64,000 nt of DNA from an uncultured Candidatus Rokubacteria bacterium (GTDB taxonomy: Bacteria > Methylomirabilota > Methylomirabilia > Rokubacteriales > DASRDR01): assembly GCA_963805625.1 (NCBI GenBank), contig CAWDVE010000019.1, positions 128,001 through 192,000 on the forward strand, read 5' to 3'. The notes beneath the pieces were generated by a model. It worked only from the letters and a program-made list of their open reading frames with translations, did not search any database and was not told the origin of the DNA. The position numbers and the translations under genes were made by a program. Positions 39,829 through 49,667 of the stretch are shown here, in pieces (positions within the stretch are counted from its first letter, which is position 1; every line of letters begins with the position of its first letter).

Positions 39829-40393
39829 TCGACGGGCTCCTCGGTCAGCTCCGTGTCCTCGGGCCCCGCGTAGCCGTTCCTCAGGCCGTTGACCACTTGC
39901 TCGATCGTGAACAGGGCGATCAGGACGCCGGCCAGCGGAACGACGGCGGTGTAGACCGTCAGCGGAATGAGCGACGGCATGCGGAAGCTGCCCAGGTCGT
40001 GCAGCGCGTTCTGGACCCCGAACCAGATCATGAAGCCGGCGATGACCAGCTGGATCAGCCGGTTGACCGTTTCGATGATCTGGCGCTTCGCGCCCCGCAT
40101 GCGGCGGGTCATCTCGGCAGGTAGATGTGGTCCATGCGGCGCGTGGCCGCCGCCATGCCCACGAACACCCCCCAGGCGAAGAACGCCGTCGTCAGCTGCT
40201 GGAGCCACAGCCACGGCCTGCCGATGGTGCGGGTCACGACGTCGAAGAACACGCACATGGTGAACCCGAACATGCAGACCCCGCACAGGATCATCAGCAG
40301 GGCTTCAACCCGGTCGAGCGCCGGCCACTTGAGATGCCGGTGACGCGGGATCACCAGCGCGCGGTGCGATGCGAAGAGATCAGCGTCAGCCAC
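39825..40393 (-). CDS. dctQ: TRAP transporter small permease DctQ (frameshift near 40120)
   Basis: four TM segments split across ORFs 40109..40393 and 39825..40286; lies between dctP and dctM. Confidence 0.82.
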
Positions 40394-40417
40394 GGTCGCG
40401 GTGTCCTCTCGAGTGAA

Positions 40418-40446
40418 GAGCGGCGGCGCTTCGAACGCCGCCGCTC
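40418..40446 (-). terminator. intra-operon hairpin after dctP
   Basis: GAGCGGCGGCG-TTCGAAG-CGCCGCCGCTC, 11-bp stem followed only by a short TTC. Confidence 0.55.
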
Positions 40447-40471
40447 CCGCTACGCTGCGCCGTGAGGCGCG

Positions 40472-41476
40472 TTACTTCACCTTCCGGACCAGCTCCAGCA
40501 GCTTCACCGCGTCCGGGCCCAGCTCCTTGGCGAGCTCATCCTGGATCGGCGCGGCGACCTTCACGAAGCCTGACTTGTCGACCTTGGTGTTGACCTTCAC
40601 GCCCAGCTTGACGAGCCGTTCGGCCGAGTCCTTCTCGAGCTTGAGGGCGTGGGGCGGCTCCTGCTGGCCGACTTCGGCGGCGGCCGTCTCGACCCACTTC
40701 TTCTCCTCGGCGCTGAAGCTGTTCCAGGTCTTCTCGCTGACCCACACCAGGTTGTTGTTGGCTTCGTGCTCCGTCATGTTCAGTACGGGCGCGACCTCGT
40801 AGTGCTTGTTCGAGAGATACACGTTCACGCCGTTCTCGGCGAAGTTGACCACGCCGGTCTGCAGCGAGGTGTAGACCTCGCCGAACGGCATGTGGACGGG
40901 CGAGGCGCCGTAGGCCGCGAAGTGCGTGTCCTCGGTCTTGGTCGCCTGCACGCGGACCTTCTTGCCCTTGACGTCCTCCACGCTGTTGATCTCCGCCTTG
41001 CCGTACATGTTGCGGAAGCCGAGCGTGATCACCGCGAGGGCGTGGGCGCCTTGCACCGACTTCCCGATCATCTCCTTGAAGGCCTTCACGACCTCCGGAT
41101 CGGCAACTGCCTTGGCCAGGTGCGCGTCATCGCGGAAGATGAAGTGCAGCGAGAACACGCCGGCCTGCGGCGCCACCGTCGACGCGTTGGCGGTCGAGGT
41201 GATGGCGAAGTCGATGTCGCCCGAGCGGACCTTCTGGAGCATGACCGGCTCCTGGCCCAGCTGCGCCCCGGGGAACTGATCGACCTTCAGCGCGCCCTTG
41301 CTCAGCTCGCCGAGGCGCTTCTCGAAGAGGTCGCCGGCGAAGCCGTAGCCGGTGCTCTTGGGCTGGTCGTAGGCGAACGTCAGCTTGCGCTGCGCCCCCG
41401 CGTCGTTCGGCAGGGCGAGCGCGGCGACGCCGAGCGCCAGCAGGCCGAAGCCGACATGCCTGAGATGGATCATCAT
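40472..41476 (-). CDS. dctP: TRAP substrate-binding protein DctP
   Basis: signal peptide, FPGAQLG, KGKKVRV, MPFGEVYTSLQTGVV, conserved carboxylate-binding Arg. Confidence 0.92.
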   Translation of the reverse strand: MMIHLRHVGFGLLALGVAALALPNDAGAQRKLTFAYDQPKSTGYGFAGDLFEKRLGELSKGALKVDQFPGAQLGQEPVMLQKVRSGDIDFAITSTANASTVAPQAGVFSLHFIFRDDAHLAKAVADPEVVKAFKEMIGKSVQGAHALAVITLGFRNMYGKAEINSVEDVKGKKVRVQATKTEDTHFAAYGASPVHMPFGEVYTSLQTGVVNFAENGVNVYLSNKHYEVAPVLNMTEHEANNNLVWVSEKTWNSFSAEEKKWVETAAAEVGQQEPPHALKLEKDSAERLVKLGVKVNTKVDKSGFVKVAAPIQDELAKELGPDAVKLLELVRKVK

Positions 41477-41630
41477 CGTGGTCTTCCTCCCCTTGGCTGT
41501 GGACATCGTCCGTGAAAGCCCCGCATATGGTTGTCCAGTGGGCCAGGGCGCGTCAAGCCGAGGTTACCGCTCGACGTGGGACACGGAGGCGGGCGGTGGC
41601 GACCCTGGTAAGCTCTCTGGCGGAGCGAGC

Positions 41631-42722
41631 GTGAGCACCCCTGGGCACGTGATCGTCTGCGGAGCCGGCGTCGTGGGCGCGAGCGTCGCGTACTTCCTGG
41701 CGCGCCGCGGGGTCCGCGTCACGGTGGTGGAGCGCTCGGGGGTGGCCTGCGCCGCGTCGGGGAAGTCCGGGGGATTCCTCGCACTCGACTGGTGCGACGG
41801 CTCGCTCCTCGGCCCGCTGGCGCGCGCGAGCTTCGCCCTCCACGCCGACCTGGCCCGGGAGCTCGGGACGGACTACGGCTACCGGCGCATGGAGACGTTC
41901 ATGCTGGCCGCGCGCGAGCGAGGCGGCCGCCCCGCGGACCACCGGGTGCCGGCCCCGGCCTGGCTCGACGCGGAAGCCACGGTCATGGACGTGCTCGGCT
42001 CCATCGAGACGACGGCTCAGGTCGACCCGGCCCGTTTCACGGCGGCGCTGGTCCGAGCCGCGGAGGCCCGCGGCGCGACGCTCAGGCTGGGCGTCGTCGA
42101 CGGCGTGCTCCGTCGCGCGGGCGCGGCCCGCGGGGTGACCGTCGATGGCGCCGCCGTCGAGGCCGACGCGGTCGTCCTGGCCATGGGCCCGTGGACGGGG
42201 GCCACGGATCTCCCGCTCCCGCGGGTCCAGGGGCTCAAGGGCTACAGCGTCACGCTGGCCGCGGCCGGTGTGCCGGCCCACGCGCTGTTCGTCGACTACC
42301 GCACGGCCGACGGCCGCCGGCTCGAGCCGGAGATCTTCCCCCGGCCTGGCGGGGAGGTCTACGTGTGCGGCATGGCGGACCCCGCGCCGCTGCCGGACTC
42401 GCCGGACGCGGTCGACGTCAGCGAGGCGGCGTGCGCCGTCCTCGCGCGCGCCGCCGGACGCGTGTCCACCCAGCTTGCGGCCGCGCGGATCACCCGGCGT
42501 CAGGCGTGCTACCGGCCCGTCACGGACGACGGTCTGCCGCTGATCGGCCCCGTGCCGGGCGTGGCGGGCGCCTTCGTGGCAACGGGCCACGGCCCCTGGG
42601 GCATGCTGAACGCGCCGGCGACCGGCCGGGCGCTCGCCGAGCTTATCGTCGACGGCGCCGCGTCGTCCGTGGACCTCCGCGCGTTCGACCCTGCCCGGTT
42701 GGCCTCCGTCCGAGGCCGATGA
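41631..42722 (+). CDS. FAD-dependent oxidoreductase (DAO family)
   Basis: CGAGVVG, ASGKSGGFLA, QACYRP, ATGHGPWGMLNAPATG. Confidence 0.9.
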   Translation: MSTPGHVIVCGAGVVGASVAYFLARRGVRVTVVERSGVACAASGKSGGFLALDWCDGSLLGPLARASFALHADLARELGTDYGYRRMETFMLAARERGGRPADHRVPAPAWLDAEATVMDVLGSIETTAQVDPARFTAALVRAAEARGATLRLGVVDGVLRRAGAARGVTVDGAAVEADAVVLAMGPWTGATDLPLPRVQGLKGYSVTLAAAGVPAHALFVDYRTADGRRLEPEIFPRPGGEVYVCGMADPAPLPDSPDAVDVSEAACAVLARAAGRVSTQLAAARITRRQACYRPVTDDGLPLIGPVPGVAGAFVATGHGPWGMLNAPATGRALAELIVDGAASSVDLRAFDPARLASVRGR

Positions 42723-42827
42723 AGCGCTAGCGCGGCCGATCGCGCACGGCGTCCCGCGGAACGGCGGCACTCCCCGGCGGGGCACGGGCCTTTGGTAGAC
42801 TGGTTGCACCCTAGAGGAGGACGAGCC

Positions 42828-43796
42828 ATGGCCAGCGTCGCGCCGAAGTACGCCTGGATGAACGGCAAGGTGATTCCCTGGGAGCAGTGCGTGCTGCACG
42901 GGCGCAGCGCGGGCGGCTTCATGGGCAGCAACGTGTTCGAGGGGGTGCGCGCCTACTGGAGCCCGCAGCACGGCGAGCTCTTCGTCTTCAAGCACGAGGA
43001 GCACCTCGAGCGGCTCGGGCGCTCGCTGAAGACCGTGCGCCTGGACGTGCCCTTCACGCTGCGCGAGATCGGGCAGGGGGCGCTCGACCTCCTGCGGGCG
43101 AACGAGTTCCGCCAGGACGTCCACTTCGTCCCGGTGGCCTTCTTCGGGATGGGGGCGCACAACTTCAACACCCTCGGCCCCACGGTCGACAACGGGGTCT
43201 ACATCACGGCGGTGCCGTGGCCGCAGCCTGCAGCTTTGTGGGATGGGGCGACCGCCTGCGTGGCCTCGTGGCGGCGCATCAGCGACGACACGGTGCCGCC
43301 ACGGCTCAAGGCGGGCGCCAACTACCAGAACAGCCGGCTGGCGCAGACCGAGGCCAAGGTGGACGGCTACGACACCGCGATCATCCTGAACCAACGCGGC
43401 ACGGTGGCCGAGGGCCCCGGCGCGTGCCTCATGATGGTGCGCGACGGGAAGCTGATCACGCCGCCGGTCACAGCCGGGATCCTGGAATCCATCACCCGCA
43501 CCACGCTGATGGACCTGGCGGCGCGCGAGCTGGGCGTGGAGGTCGTGGAGCGGGAGGTCGACCGCACCGAGCTGTACGTGGCGGACGAGGTGTTCATGTG
43601 CGGCAGCGGCCTCGAGGTGCTCCCGATCACCTCGGTCGACCGGATCGCGGTCGGCGACGGGACGCGGGGATCGCTGACGAAGCGCATCCAGGACGTCTAC
43701 TTCTCCGCCGCCCGCGGCGAGCTGGCCGCCTACCGTCGCTGGCTCACCCCCGTGTACGCCGGGGTGCGCGAGGCGGCCGCGGCCGCCTCCCGCTAG
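42828..43796 (+). CDS. ilvE: branched-chain amino acid aminotransferase (class IV PLP)
   Basis: VFEGVRAY, PLP lysine KAGANY, EGPG, LESITR, ADEVFMCG; GAGGAGG RBS. Confidence 0.88.
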   Translation: MASVAPKYAWMNGKVIPWEQCVLHGRSAGGFMGSNVFEGVRAYWSPQHGELFVFKHEEHLERLGRSLKTVRLDVPFTLREIGQGALDLLRANEFRQDVHFVPVAFFGMGAHNFNTLGPTVDNGVYITAVPWPQPAALWDGATACVASWRRISDDTVPPRLKAGANYQNSRLAQTEAKVDGYDTAIILNQRGTVAEGPGACLMMVRDGKLITPPVTAGILESITRTTLMDLAARELGVEVVEREVDRTELYVADEVFMCGSGLEVLPITSVDRIAVGDGTRGSLTKRIQDVYFSAARGELAAYRRWLTPVYAGVREAAAAASR

Positions 43797-43873
43797 GGCG
43801 AGACCCGACGCCGCGGGCCGACGGAGGCGACGCCGGCCGGGGTCGGTCTCGGGCGGGATCCTGGTCGTTCGCT

Positions 43874-44266
43874 TCAGCGTCCCGGGTCTCGGCCCCGGCG
43901 CGCCCAGGGCTCGCGGGGGTCGTGCGCCGCGAGGCGCCGGACCTCGACGCTCCCGAAGCGCGCCCCCGGGATCCGCCCGGCGATCTGGACGGCCTCGTCG
44001 AGATCGCGCGCCTCGATGAGGTAGTACCCGCCGAGCTGCTCCTTCGTCTCGGCGAAGGGGCCGTCGGTGGTCGATGGCCGGCCGTGACGCACCCGGACGG
44101 TGGCGGCGGTCTCCACCGAGTCAAGCGGCGCGGCGCCCACATAGTGCCCGCTCTGCCGAAGCTCCTCGCAGAGCGCCAGGTTCTCGGCGACCAGGGCGTC
44201 CCACTCGCCGCCGGACAGCGCGGCGATCCTCCGCTCCTCGGCGTAGACCAGGCACAGGTACTTCAA
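43874..44266 (-). CDS. YciI/DGPF family protein
   Basis: TDGPFAETKEQLGGYYLIE; AAGGAG RBS before a TTG start. Confidence 0.9.
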   Translation of the reverse strand: MKYLCLVYAEERRIAALSGGEWDALVAENLALCEELRQSGHYVGAAPLDSVETAATVRVRHGRPSTTDGPFAETKEQLGGYYLIEARDLDEAVQIAGRIPGARFGSVEVRRLAAHDPREPWARRGRDPGR

Positions 44267-44401
44267 AGGTCCCCTCCTTGGGCGCGCGATCGTTTCCCGG
44301 AGCGCGCGGACCGTGCCTCGTCACGGCGATGACTCGCCGGAGGGGCAGGCCGCTCGATCACCCCGTCAGTCTAGTTGATTCAAGCTCCGCCTGACGGGCC
44401 C

Positions 44402-45472
44402 TCATGGGGCGGCCGGGCGGGTCCACGGCCGCTCTGGCCGCGGCGCCCACCCGAGCATCCGGGCCCCCACCTGGGCGATGCCGCCTGGGAAGGCGAAGAT
44501 CACGGCGATCAGGAGGCTGCCGAGCACCAGGCCGTGGGACAGAGCGAACCGGTTCGCGACATGCTGGAGGACCACGAACACGGCGGCGCCCACGACCGGG
44601 CCGAGGAACCAGCGGGTGCCTCCGATGATCGTGACGGCGATGAGCTTGGCCGAGAATAGCCAGTGGAGCTGCTCGGGCGTGACCTGGCGATCGATCTGCC
44701 CGTAGAGTCCCCCGGCCAGCCCCACGATCGCGCCGGAGAGGACGAAGGCCCGCCACCGATAGGCCCGCACCGGGATGCCGACGAACGCAGCGCGGACGTC
44801 GCTGTCCCGTATCGCTCGGAGCGCCATCCCGAACGGCGAGCGGCTGATGCGCCAGAGCACGCCGAGCGACGCAAAGAAGGCCACGAGCAGCACGTAGTAG
44901 AAGACCGCGAAGAACCGCTCGGGCGCGGGCTCGGTCCCGAGGATGGTGAGGCGGGGGATGTGGAGGCCCCCGTCGCCGACGAAGAAGAGGCCCTTCCCGA
45001 AGTCCCCGAGCAGGCGGAACGGGACCCCGACGACGAACACGGCGTGGACGAGCTGCCCGAAGGCGAGCGTCATGATCGTGAAGTGGATGCGGGTCGCGCG
45101 CACGCACCAGGCGCCGGCCAGCGCGGCCGTGGCGCTGGCCGCGGCGATGCCGGCCAGGAGGTACACCTCGAGCGACTGGACGTCAGCGATGTTGAAGAGG
45201 AACGCGCCGGCGTACGCCCCGAGCCCGAAGTAGGCGGCGTGCCCGAGGGAGAGGAGGCCGGTTGTCCCGTACACCAGGTTCAGCCCGAGCCCGGCGATCC
45301 CGAGCGTCAGGACGTAGCACAGCTCGATGAGGGGGTAGGGCGCGAGCACCGCAGGCATCGGGGCGAGCAGAAGCGCCGCCAGACCGGCGGCGAGCGTCGG
45401 CCGCGATCGATGGGTCCATGCGCGCGCACCGGCGCCGAACCGCGTGCCGGGCGCCCTGTGCCAGATCCACAT
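44402..45472 (-). CDS. orphan LivM-like ABC permease
   Basis: GLLSLGHAAYFGLGAY, SPFGMALRAIRD, IIGG, FPGGI; start uncertain. Confidence 0.85.
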   Translation of the reverse strand: MWIWHRAPGTRFGAGARAWTHRSRPTLAAGLAALLLAPMPAVLAPYPLIELCYVLTLGIAGLGLNLVYGTTGLLSLGHAAYFGLGAYAGAFLFNIADVQSLEVYLLAGIAAASATAALAGAWCVRATRIHFTIMTLAFGQLVHAVFVVGVPFRLLGDFGKGLFFVGDGGLHIPRLTILGTEPAPERFFAVFYYVLLVAFFASLGVLWRISRSPFGMALRAIRDSDVRAAFVGIPVRAYRWRAFVLSGAIVGLAGGLYGQIDRQVTPEQLHWLFSAKLIAVTIIGGTRWFLGPVVGAAVFVVLQHVANRFALSHGLVLGSLLIAVIFAFPGGIAQVGARMLGWAPRPERPWTRPAAP

Positions 45473-45816
45473 CGCTAGCCCTCGCCCCACGTCTCGACGA
45501 TCGGCATATTGCCACGTTGTGAGACTCGCCGTCGCGGAGCGACGGCCCTCGGGGGCTGTGGGCCTGAAGCGATCGGTGACCGTTTCGAGCGCGTATACCC
45601 GGCGCGCCAGGCTTTGTCGAGATGGTCTGTCGCACCCGCGGCGATGGGTCCACGAGACCAATGCCGTCGCGGGTTGCCGGGTCGTGGCTGTCGGAGTGAC
45701 GGTCCGCGTCACCCGAGCGGGGTGCCGGCGCCCCAATCGAGCCGGCCGGGAGGGCCTTTGGCACGGATTCGGCCCGAATCAGTGCCTGGCACGGCCTTGC
45801 ATGGGATCTCCTCGCA

Positions 45817-46251
45817 ATGCTGCGGCAGGCGGCCGTCGCCGTGCTGGTGGTCGGGACAGTGGTGTCGCTCACGACAGCCGCGCGCCGCCGGCTGCGCCAT
45901 GGCGTGCCCCGGAACGGGCGCGGGCGTGGTCACCCGCATCATTGCTTTCTCTGCGACGGCTGGTGGAACCATCAGGGAGAGTGCGTGGAGGGGCCGGCCC
46001 GACTGTGCCCGTGGTGCCTCGCTGGCAGCCGGCCCGACAAGGCCCCGCTTCCCGAGCGCATCGTGAGCCTGATCCAGGAGATCGGCCCGGCCCGCCGGAG
46101 CCGCCACGCCCACCACTGTCCGACGTGCCTCATGACGTGGTCGCACCGCCACGCGGACACGTGCACGGCGGGCGATCGCGCCGCGCTTCCCGAGTGTCCC
46201 GGTTGCCGGCGACGGCCCGCCGCGCTGCCGGTGTCCTTGCCGCGCGTCTGA
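45817..46251 (+). CDS. hypothetical membrane-anchored protein with two tandem Cys/His finger repeats
   Basis: N-terminal hydrophobic helix, then two copies of HxHHCxxCxxxWxH-x(3-5)-C-x(7-10)-CPxC. Confidence 0.7.
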   Translation: MLRQAAVAVLVVGTVVSLTTAARRRLRHGVPRNGRGRGHPHHCFLCDGWWNHQGECVEGPARLCPWCLAGSRPDKAPLPERIVSLIQEIGPARRSRHAHHCPTCLMTWSHRHADTCTAGDRAALPECPGCRRRPAALPVSLPRV

Positions 46252-46529
46252 CGTCCGTGTGGGCGCGCCCCCCGGATCGGTAGCACCGCATGGCGCCGCC
46301 GCGGAACGTGCCGGACGCCAAGATCACAATCCGATCTGCCTGTCGATATGGGCTGGCGACCAAGCAGCGGGCCGGCGAAGCTCCAGGGCTTCACCGATCT
46401 CGACGGATCGCGCCCGGACTGCTGTCCCTGCATCCGGGAGGTCCAGCGGACCGGGAAACCCGTGGATGCGACGGGGTCTGTTGATCTGGCACTAGCGCGG
46501 GAGTGGCAATCCAACCGGTGCCGGGACCG

Positions 46530-46910
46530 CTAGGCCAACCTCGTTTGCAGGGCCGTGGCCACAGTCGCCCGGATGGCGTCTGCACGAAAGGGCTTCAGGA
46601 TGACCGGCAACCGCCAATCACGGGCGCGTTGCATCACGGCGGGCTGATTCATCCCTGTGATCAGGACGATCGGCGTGGCCGGAGCGCGTCGCCGGATCGT
46701 CTCTACCACCCCCCAGCCGCTCATCACGGGCATGACGATATCGACGAGGACAAGGTCCCAACCGCCCTCGTCGAAACGCGCCAGACCGCTCGCGCCCTCC
46801 GCGGCCGCTTGCACCTCGTACCCGAACGAGGCGAGCAGGTGCAGCAGGACCTCCCGCACGTTGGGTTCGTCGTCAATCAGGAGAATCCGAGGTCGACCGG
46901 CACTAGACAT
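46530..46910 (-). CDS. single-domain response regulator
   Basis: ILLIDDE, phosphoacceptor DIVMP, ITG, KPF. Confidence 0.9.
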   Translation of the reverse strand: MSSAGRPRILLIDDEPNVREVLLHLLASFGYEVQAAAEGASGLARFDEGGWDLVLVDIVMPVMSGWGVVETIRRRAPATPIVLITGMNQPAVMQRARDWRLPVILKPFRADAIRATVATALQTRLA

Positions 46911-47044
46911 GGCGATGGTGCAACCGTTGTCAGCCGTCCAGACCTCAAGCGTATCCCACCTAGACGCGTCTCGAGAGTGGCGAAAATCCCCACTCAGGCC
47001 CTCCCGGGCCCCGAGATGTAAAGCGGGCCGATTGAGTCTGAACG

Positions 47045-48085
47045 CTAGCGGGCGGGAACGCTCACGCGGACCGTGCCGCCGAGCGCCGCACGAAGGGCGG
47101 GGCCGCGCCCCTTCGGCACGCGGATCTCGTAGCGGCCCTTGCCGAGCCAGTCCTCGACGATCTCCGGGTTGAGGGCCTTCAACTCCCGGTAGAACGAGCC
47201 CGCCTGCCGCGCGAGCTCGGTGACGGCCACCCGGTCGCGGAGCTCGATCCCGACGACGTCGGAGTCATAGGGGCGGTAGCGCTGCTCGGGCGGGACCTCG
47301 AAGCCGTACCGCTCCGGCTCCGAGAGGATGAGCTTCGCGGCGAGCGCCCGGAAGACGTAGCGCTCGGTCTCCTCCGAGAGCGCGACCTGGTAGTAGCTCG
47401 ACACGCCCTGGTGGCGGAGCGCCTGGTCGATGCGCGCCTCGCCGGCGTTGTAGGCGGCGAGCGCCAGGGGCCAGTCGGGGAATCGCTGGCGCAGTTCTCG
47501 CAGCAAGGCGAGCGCGGCGGCGGTGGAGCGCTCGGGATTCCGCCGCTCGTCCCAGCCCGAGGTGACCGCGAGCCCGTAGCGCTTGGCCGTTGACGCGATG
47601 AACTGCCAGATGCCGAGCGCGCTGGCGTGCGAGTAGGCGCCCGGGAGGAGCGCGCTCTCGATGACCGCGACGTACTTGAGGTCCTCCGGGAGCCCGGCGC
47701 GCGCCAGCTGGCGCTCGATGTACGGGAAGTAGCGGGCGCTGCGCTTGAGCCAGAGCAGCACCTGGGCGGGATTCCCGAGCGAGAGGAGAAACTCGCGCTC
47801 GAGGCGCTCGCCGATGTCCCACCGCACGAGCGGCACCGGCTCCCCCGCGAATTCCATTCGGGTCGGCAGCGCGAAGCTGTGGAGAGCCCGCGGCGAGGCG
47901 GCCTGGCCGCTCTCGAGCCGTGCGAGCCGCGCACGGAGCCTGTCGAGCTCGGCCCGGAGCTCGACGACTTCCGAGATGGCTGGCTCGCCGGCCGGTTCGG
48001 CGACGGGTTCAGTGTCCTGGGCGGCGGCCGGGGCCCCTCCGAGGAGGCCGATCGATAGCCAGACCATCAGCCAGGTCTTGCGCAC
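47045..48085 (-). CDS. lytic transglycosylase (MltD-like SLT domain)
   Basis: LPEDLKYVAVIES, ALGIWQF, ALAAYNAGE, ETERYV; the start may be ATG 48067. Confidence 0.9.
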   Translation of the reverse strand: MRKTWLMVWLSIGLLGGAPAAAQDTEPVAEPAGEPAISEVVELRAELDRLRARLARLESGQAASPRALHSFALPTRMEFAGEPVPLVRWDIGERLEREFLLSLGNPAQVLLWLKRSARYFPYIERQLARAGLPEDLKYVAVIESALLPGAYSHASALGIWQFIASTAKRYGLAVTSGWDERRNPERSTAAALALLRELRQRFPDWPLALAAYNAGEARIDQALRHQGVSSYYQVALSEETERYVFRALAAKLILSEPERYGFEVPPEQRYRPYDSDVVGIELRDRVAVTELARQAGSFYRELKALNPEIVEDWLGKGRYEIRVPKGRGPALRAALGGTVRVSVPAR

Positions 48086-48097
48086 GCCGGGGAACGG

Positions 48098-48113
48098 AGC
48101 AATGTCCGTGCCA
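48098..48113 (-). promoter_or_regulatory. sigma-54 (-24/-12) promoter
   Basis: TGGCACGGACATTGCT on the minus strand, perfect TGGCACG-N4-TTGC, just upstream of the SLT gene. Confidence 0.7.
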
Positions 48114-48217
48114 GCCTCGGGCCGGAATGGCGGGGTGGCGAACGCGCCAGATGTGTTCGCGGGCCGACATTCCCTCGCGGTCGAATTCCTGCCCGGGACG
48201 CAGTGGCACCCTGGGGG

Positions 48218-48793
48218 TCAGCGGGGACGGTTCTGGCGCGCCAGCTCCATGAGGAGACCGGCCTCGCCAAGATGGGCGCGGCCGTGGCCGATGTCGAGGG
48301 TGATCACCTCCGCGACCGTCTGAGTCCACATACCCTGCACCTCGGCCAGGTACTGGGTTGTCCGGTACGCGGGGCGGCGAGCGAGATGCGCGCGGTTGTC
48401 CGGCACCCGGTGGAGATCGCGCTCGGTCACGGTGCCGAGCCAGCAGACGTTCTCGGCGAGCACCGCGTCGGCGTAGGCCAGCATGTCCTCGACGGAGACG
48501 GCCCGCGCGATGGCGTCCGCGTCGGCGAGGCTGATGCCAAAGGCGAGACCGAGCCGGTCGAACCCTACTTGGCGGATCCACGTGTCCCGGTCCCTCACCT
48601 CGGGGACGTTCCGGATCCAGGTCTGGACCGTCCAGTCCTGGCTGGCGGGAACGTGCCAGAGCGTGAAGCCCGTGAGGTTCTGTCCGGGCGCCACGCGGAA
48701 GGTCCACTCGTCCGGGCTCAGGTCACCGGCCAGCTCGTGCAAGCCCGCGTTCACGGTGGTCCACTGCGACGCGAGGAGGGCGATCGCATCCAT
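48218..48793 (-). CDS. DinB family protein
   Basis: N..GFTLWH...QD and C-terminal HGRAHLGE metal-binding His pattern. Confidence 0.75.
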   Translation of the reverse strand: MDAIALLASQWTTVNAGLHELAGDLSPDEWTFRVAPGQNLTGFTLWHVPASQDWTVQTWIRNVPEVRDRDTWIRQVGFDRLGLAFGISLADADAIARAVSVEDMLAYADAVLAENVCWLGTVTERDLHRVPDNRAHLARRPAYRTTQYLAEVQGMWTQTVAEVITLDIGHGRAHLGEAGLLMELARQNRPR

Positions 48794-48854
48794 TGCTTCG
48801 CCAGTGTACGCCCGGCTTGACCCGGTCCTCCTCCGGGTGCTACCCAGGGAACCC

Positions 48855-49580
48855 ATGAGCCCGTCACCGCAGAGCGAAGGCCGTCCACCACAGGCCGAAG
48901 GCCGTCCACTAGTTCGGGAGTCGCCCGAGGGCCTCGAGGTCGAGACGGGCCCAGCGCCCGCGGCGTCCGTCATCTGGCTCCACGGCCTCGGCGCCGACGG
49001 CTCCGACTTCGTGCCGATCGTGCCCGCCCTCGGTCTCCGGAAGCCCGTCCGCTTCGTCTTCCCGCACGCGCCGCGGCGGCCGGTGACCATCAACGCCGGC
49101 ATGGTGATGCGCGCCTGGTACGACGTGCTCGCGCTGGAGGGCCCGCGGCGGGAGGACGAGGCGGGCATCCGCGAGTCCGCGCGCCGGGTCGAGGGCCTGA
49201 TCGCCGCCGAGGTGGCCCGCGGCGTGGCGCCGGCCCGGGTGATCCTGGCGGGGTTCTCCCAGGGCGGCGCCATGACGCTTCACGTCGGGCTGCGTCACGC
49301 CGCGCGCCTCGGCGGGCTCCTCGTGCTCTCGGCCTACCTCCCGCTCGCCCACGCGGTCGCGGCGGAGGCGAGCCCCGCGGGCCGCGGCACCCCGGTGTTC
49401 CTCGGTCACGGGACCGAGGACCCCTTGATTCCCCCCGTGCGGTCGCGGGCGGCCCGCGACGCGCTCGCCGCGCTCGGCTGCCCCGTGGAGCACCACGAGT
49501 ACCCGATCGCCCACACGGTCTCCGACGCCGAGATCCGGGACCTCGCGGCCTGGCTCGCCCGCCGCCTCGCGGACGGGTGA
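48855..49580 (+). CDS. phospholipase/carboxylesterase
   Basis: IWLHGLGADG, FPHAP, MRAWYD, GFSQGG, HGTEDP; start uncertain. Confidence 0.92.
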   Translation: MSPSPQSEGRPPQAEGRPLVRESPEGLEVETGPAPAASVIWLHGLGADGSDFVPIVPALGLRKPVRFVFPHAPRRPVTINAGMVMRAWYDVLALEGPRREDEAGIRESARRVEGLIAAEVARGVAPARVILAGFSQGGAMTLHVGLRHAARLGGLLVLSAYLPLAHAVAAEASPAGRGTPVFLGHGTEDPLIPPVRSRAARDALAALGCPVEHHEYPIAHTVSDAEIRDLAAWLARRLADG

Positions 49581-49667
49581 CCGAACCGGGAGCGAGCACC
49601 CGATCCGGCGAGGGTCTCCTCGGACGGCGTCGCCCTGCGGCCGGCCGACCCGCGGTAATCTAGATCC

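Noticed and set aside
45787-45802. TGGCACGGCCTTGCAT as a sigma-54 promoter
   Set aside because: Spacing is GG-N9-GC, one base short of the strict requirement; mentioned only as supporting context
45940-46210. c-type cytochrome interpretation of the CxxC motifs
   Set aside because: None is CxxCH; the histidines precede the cysteines
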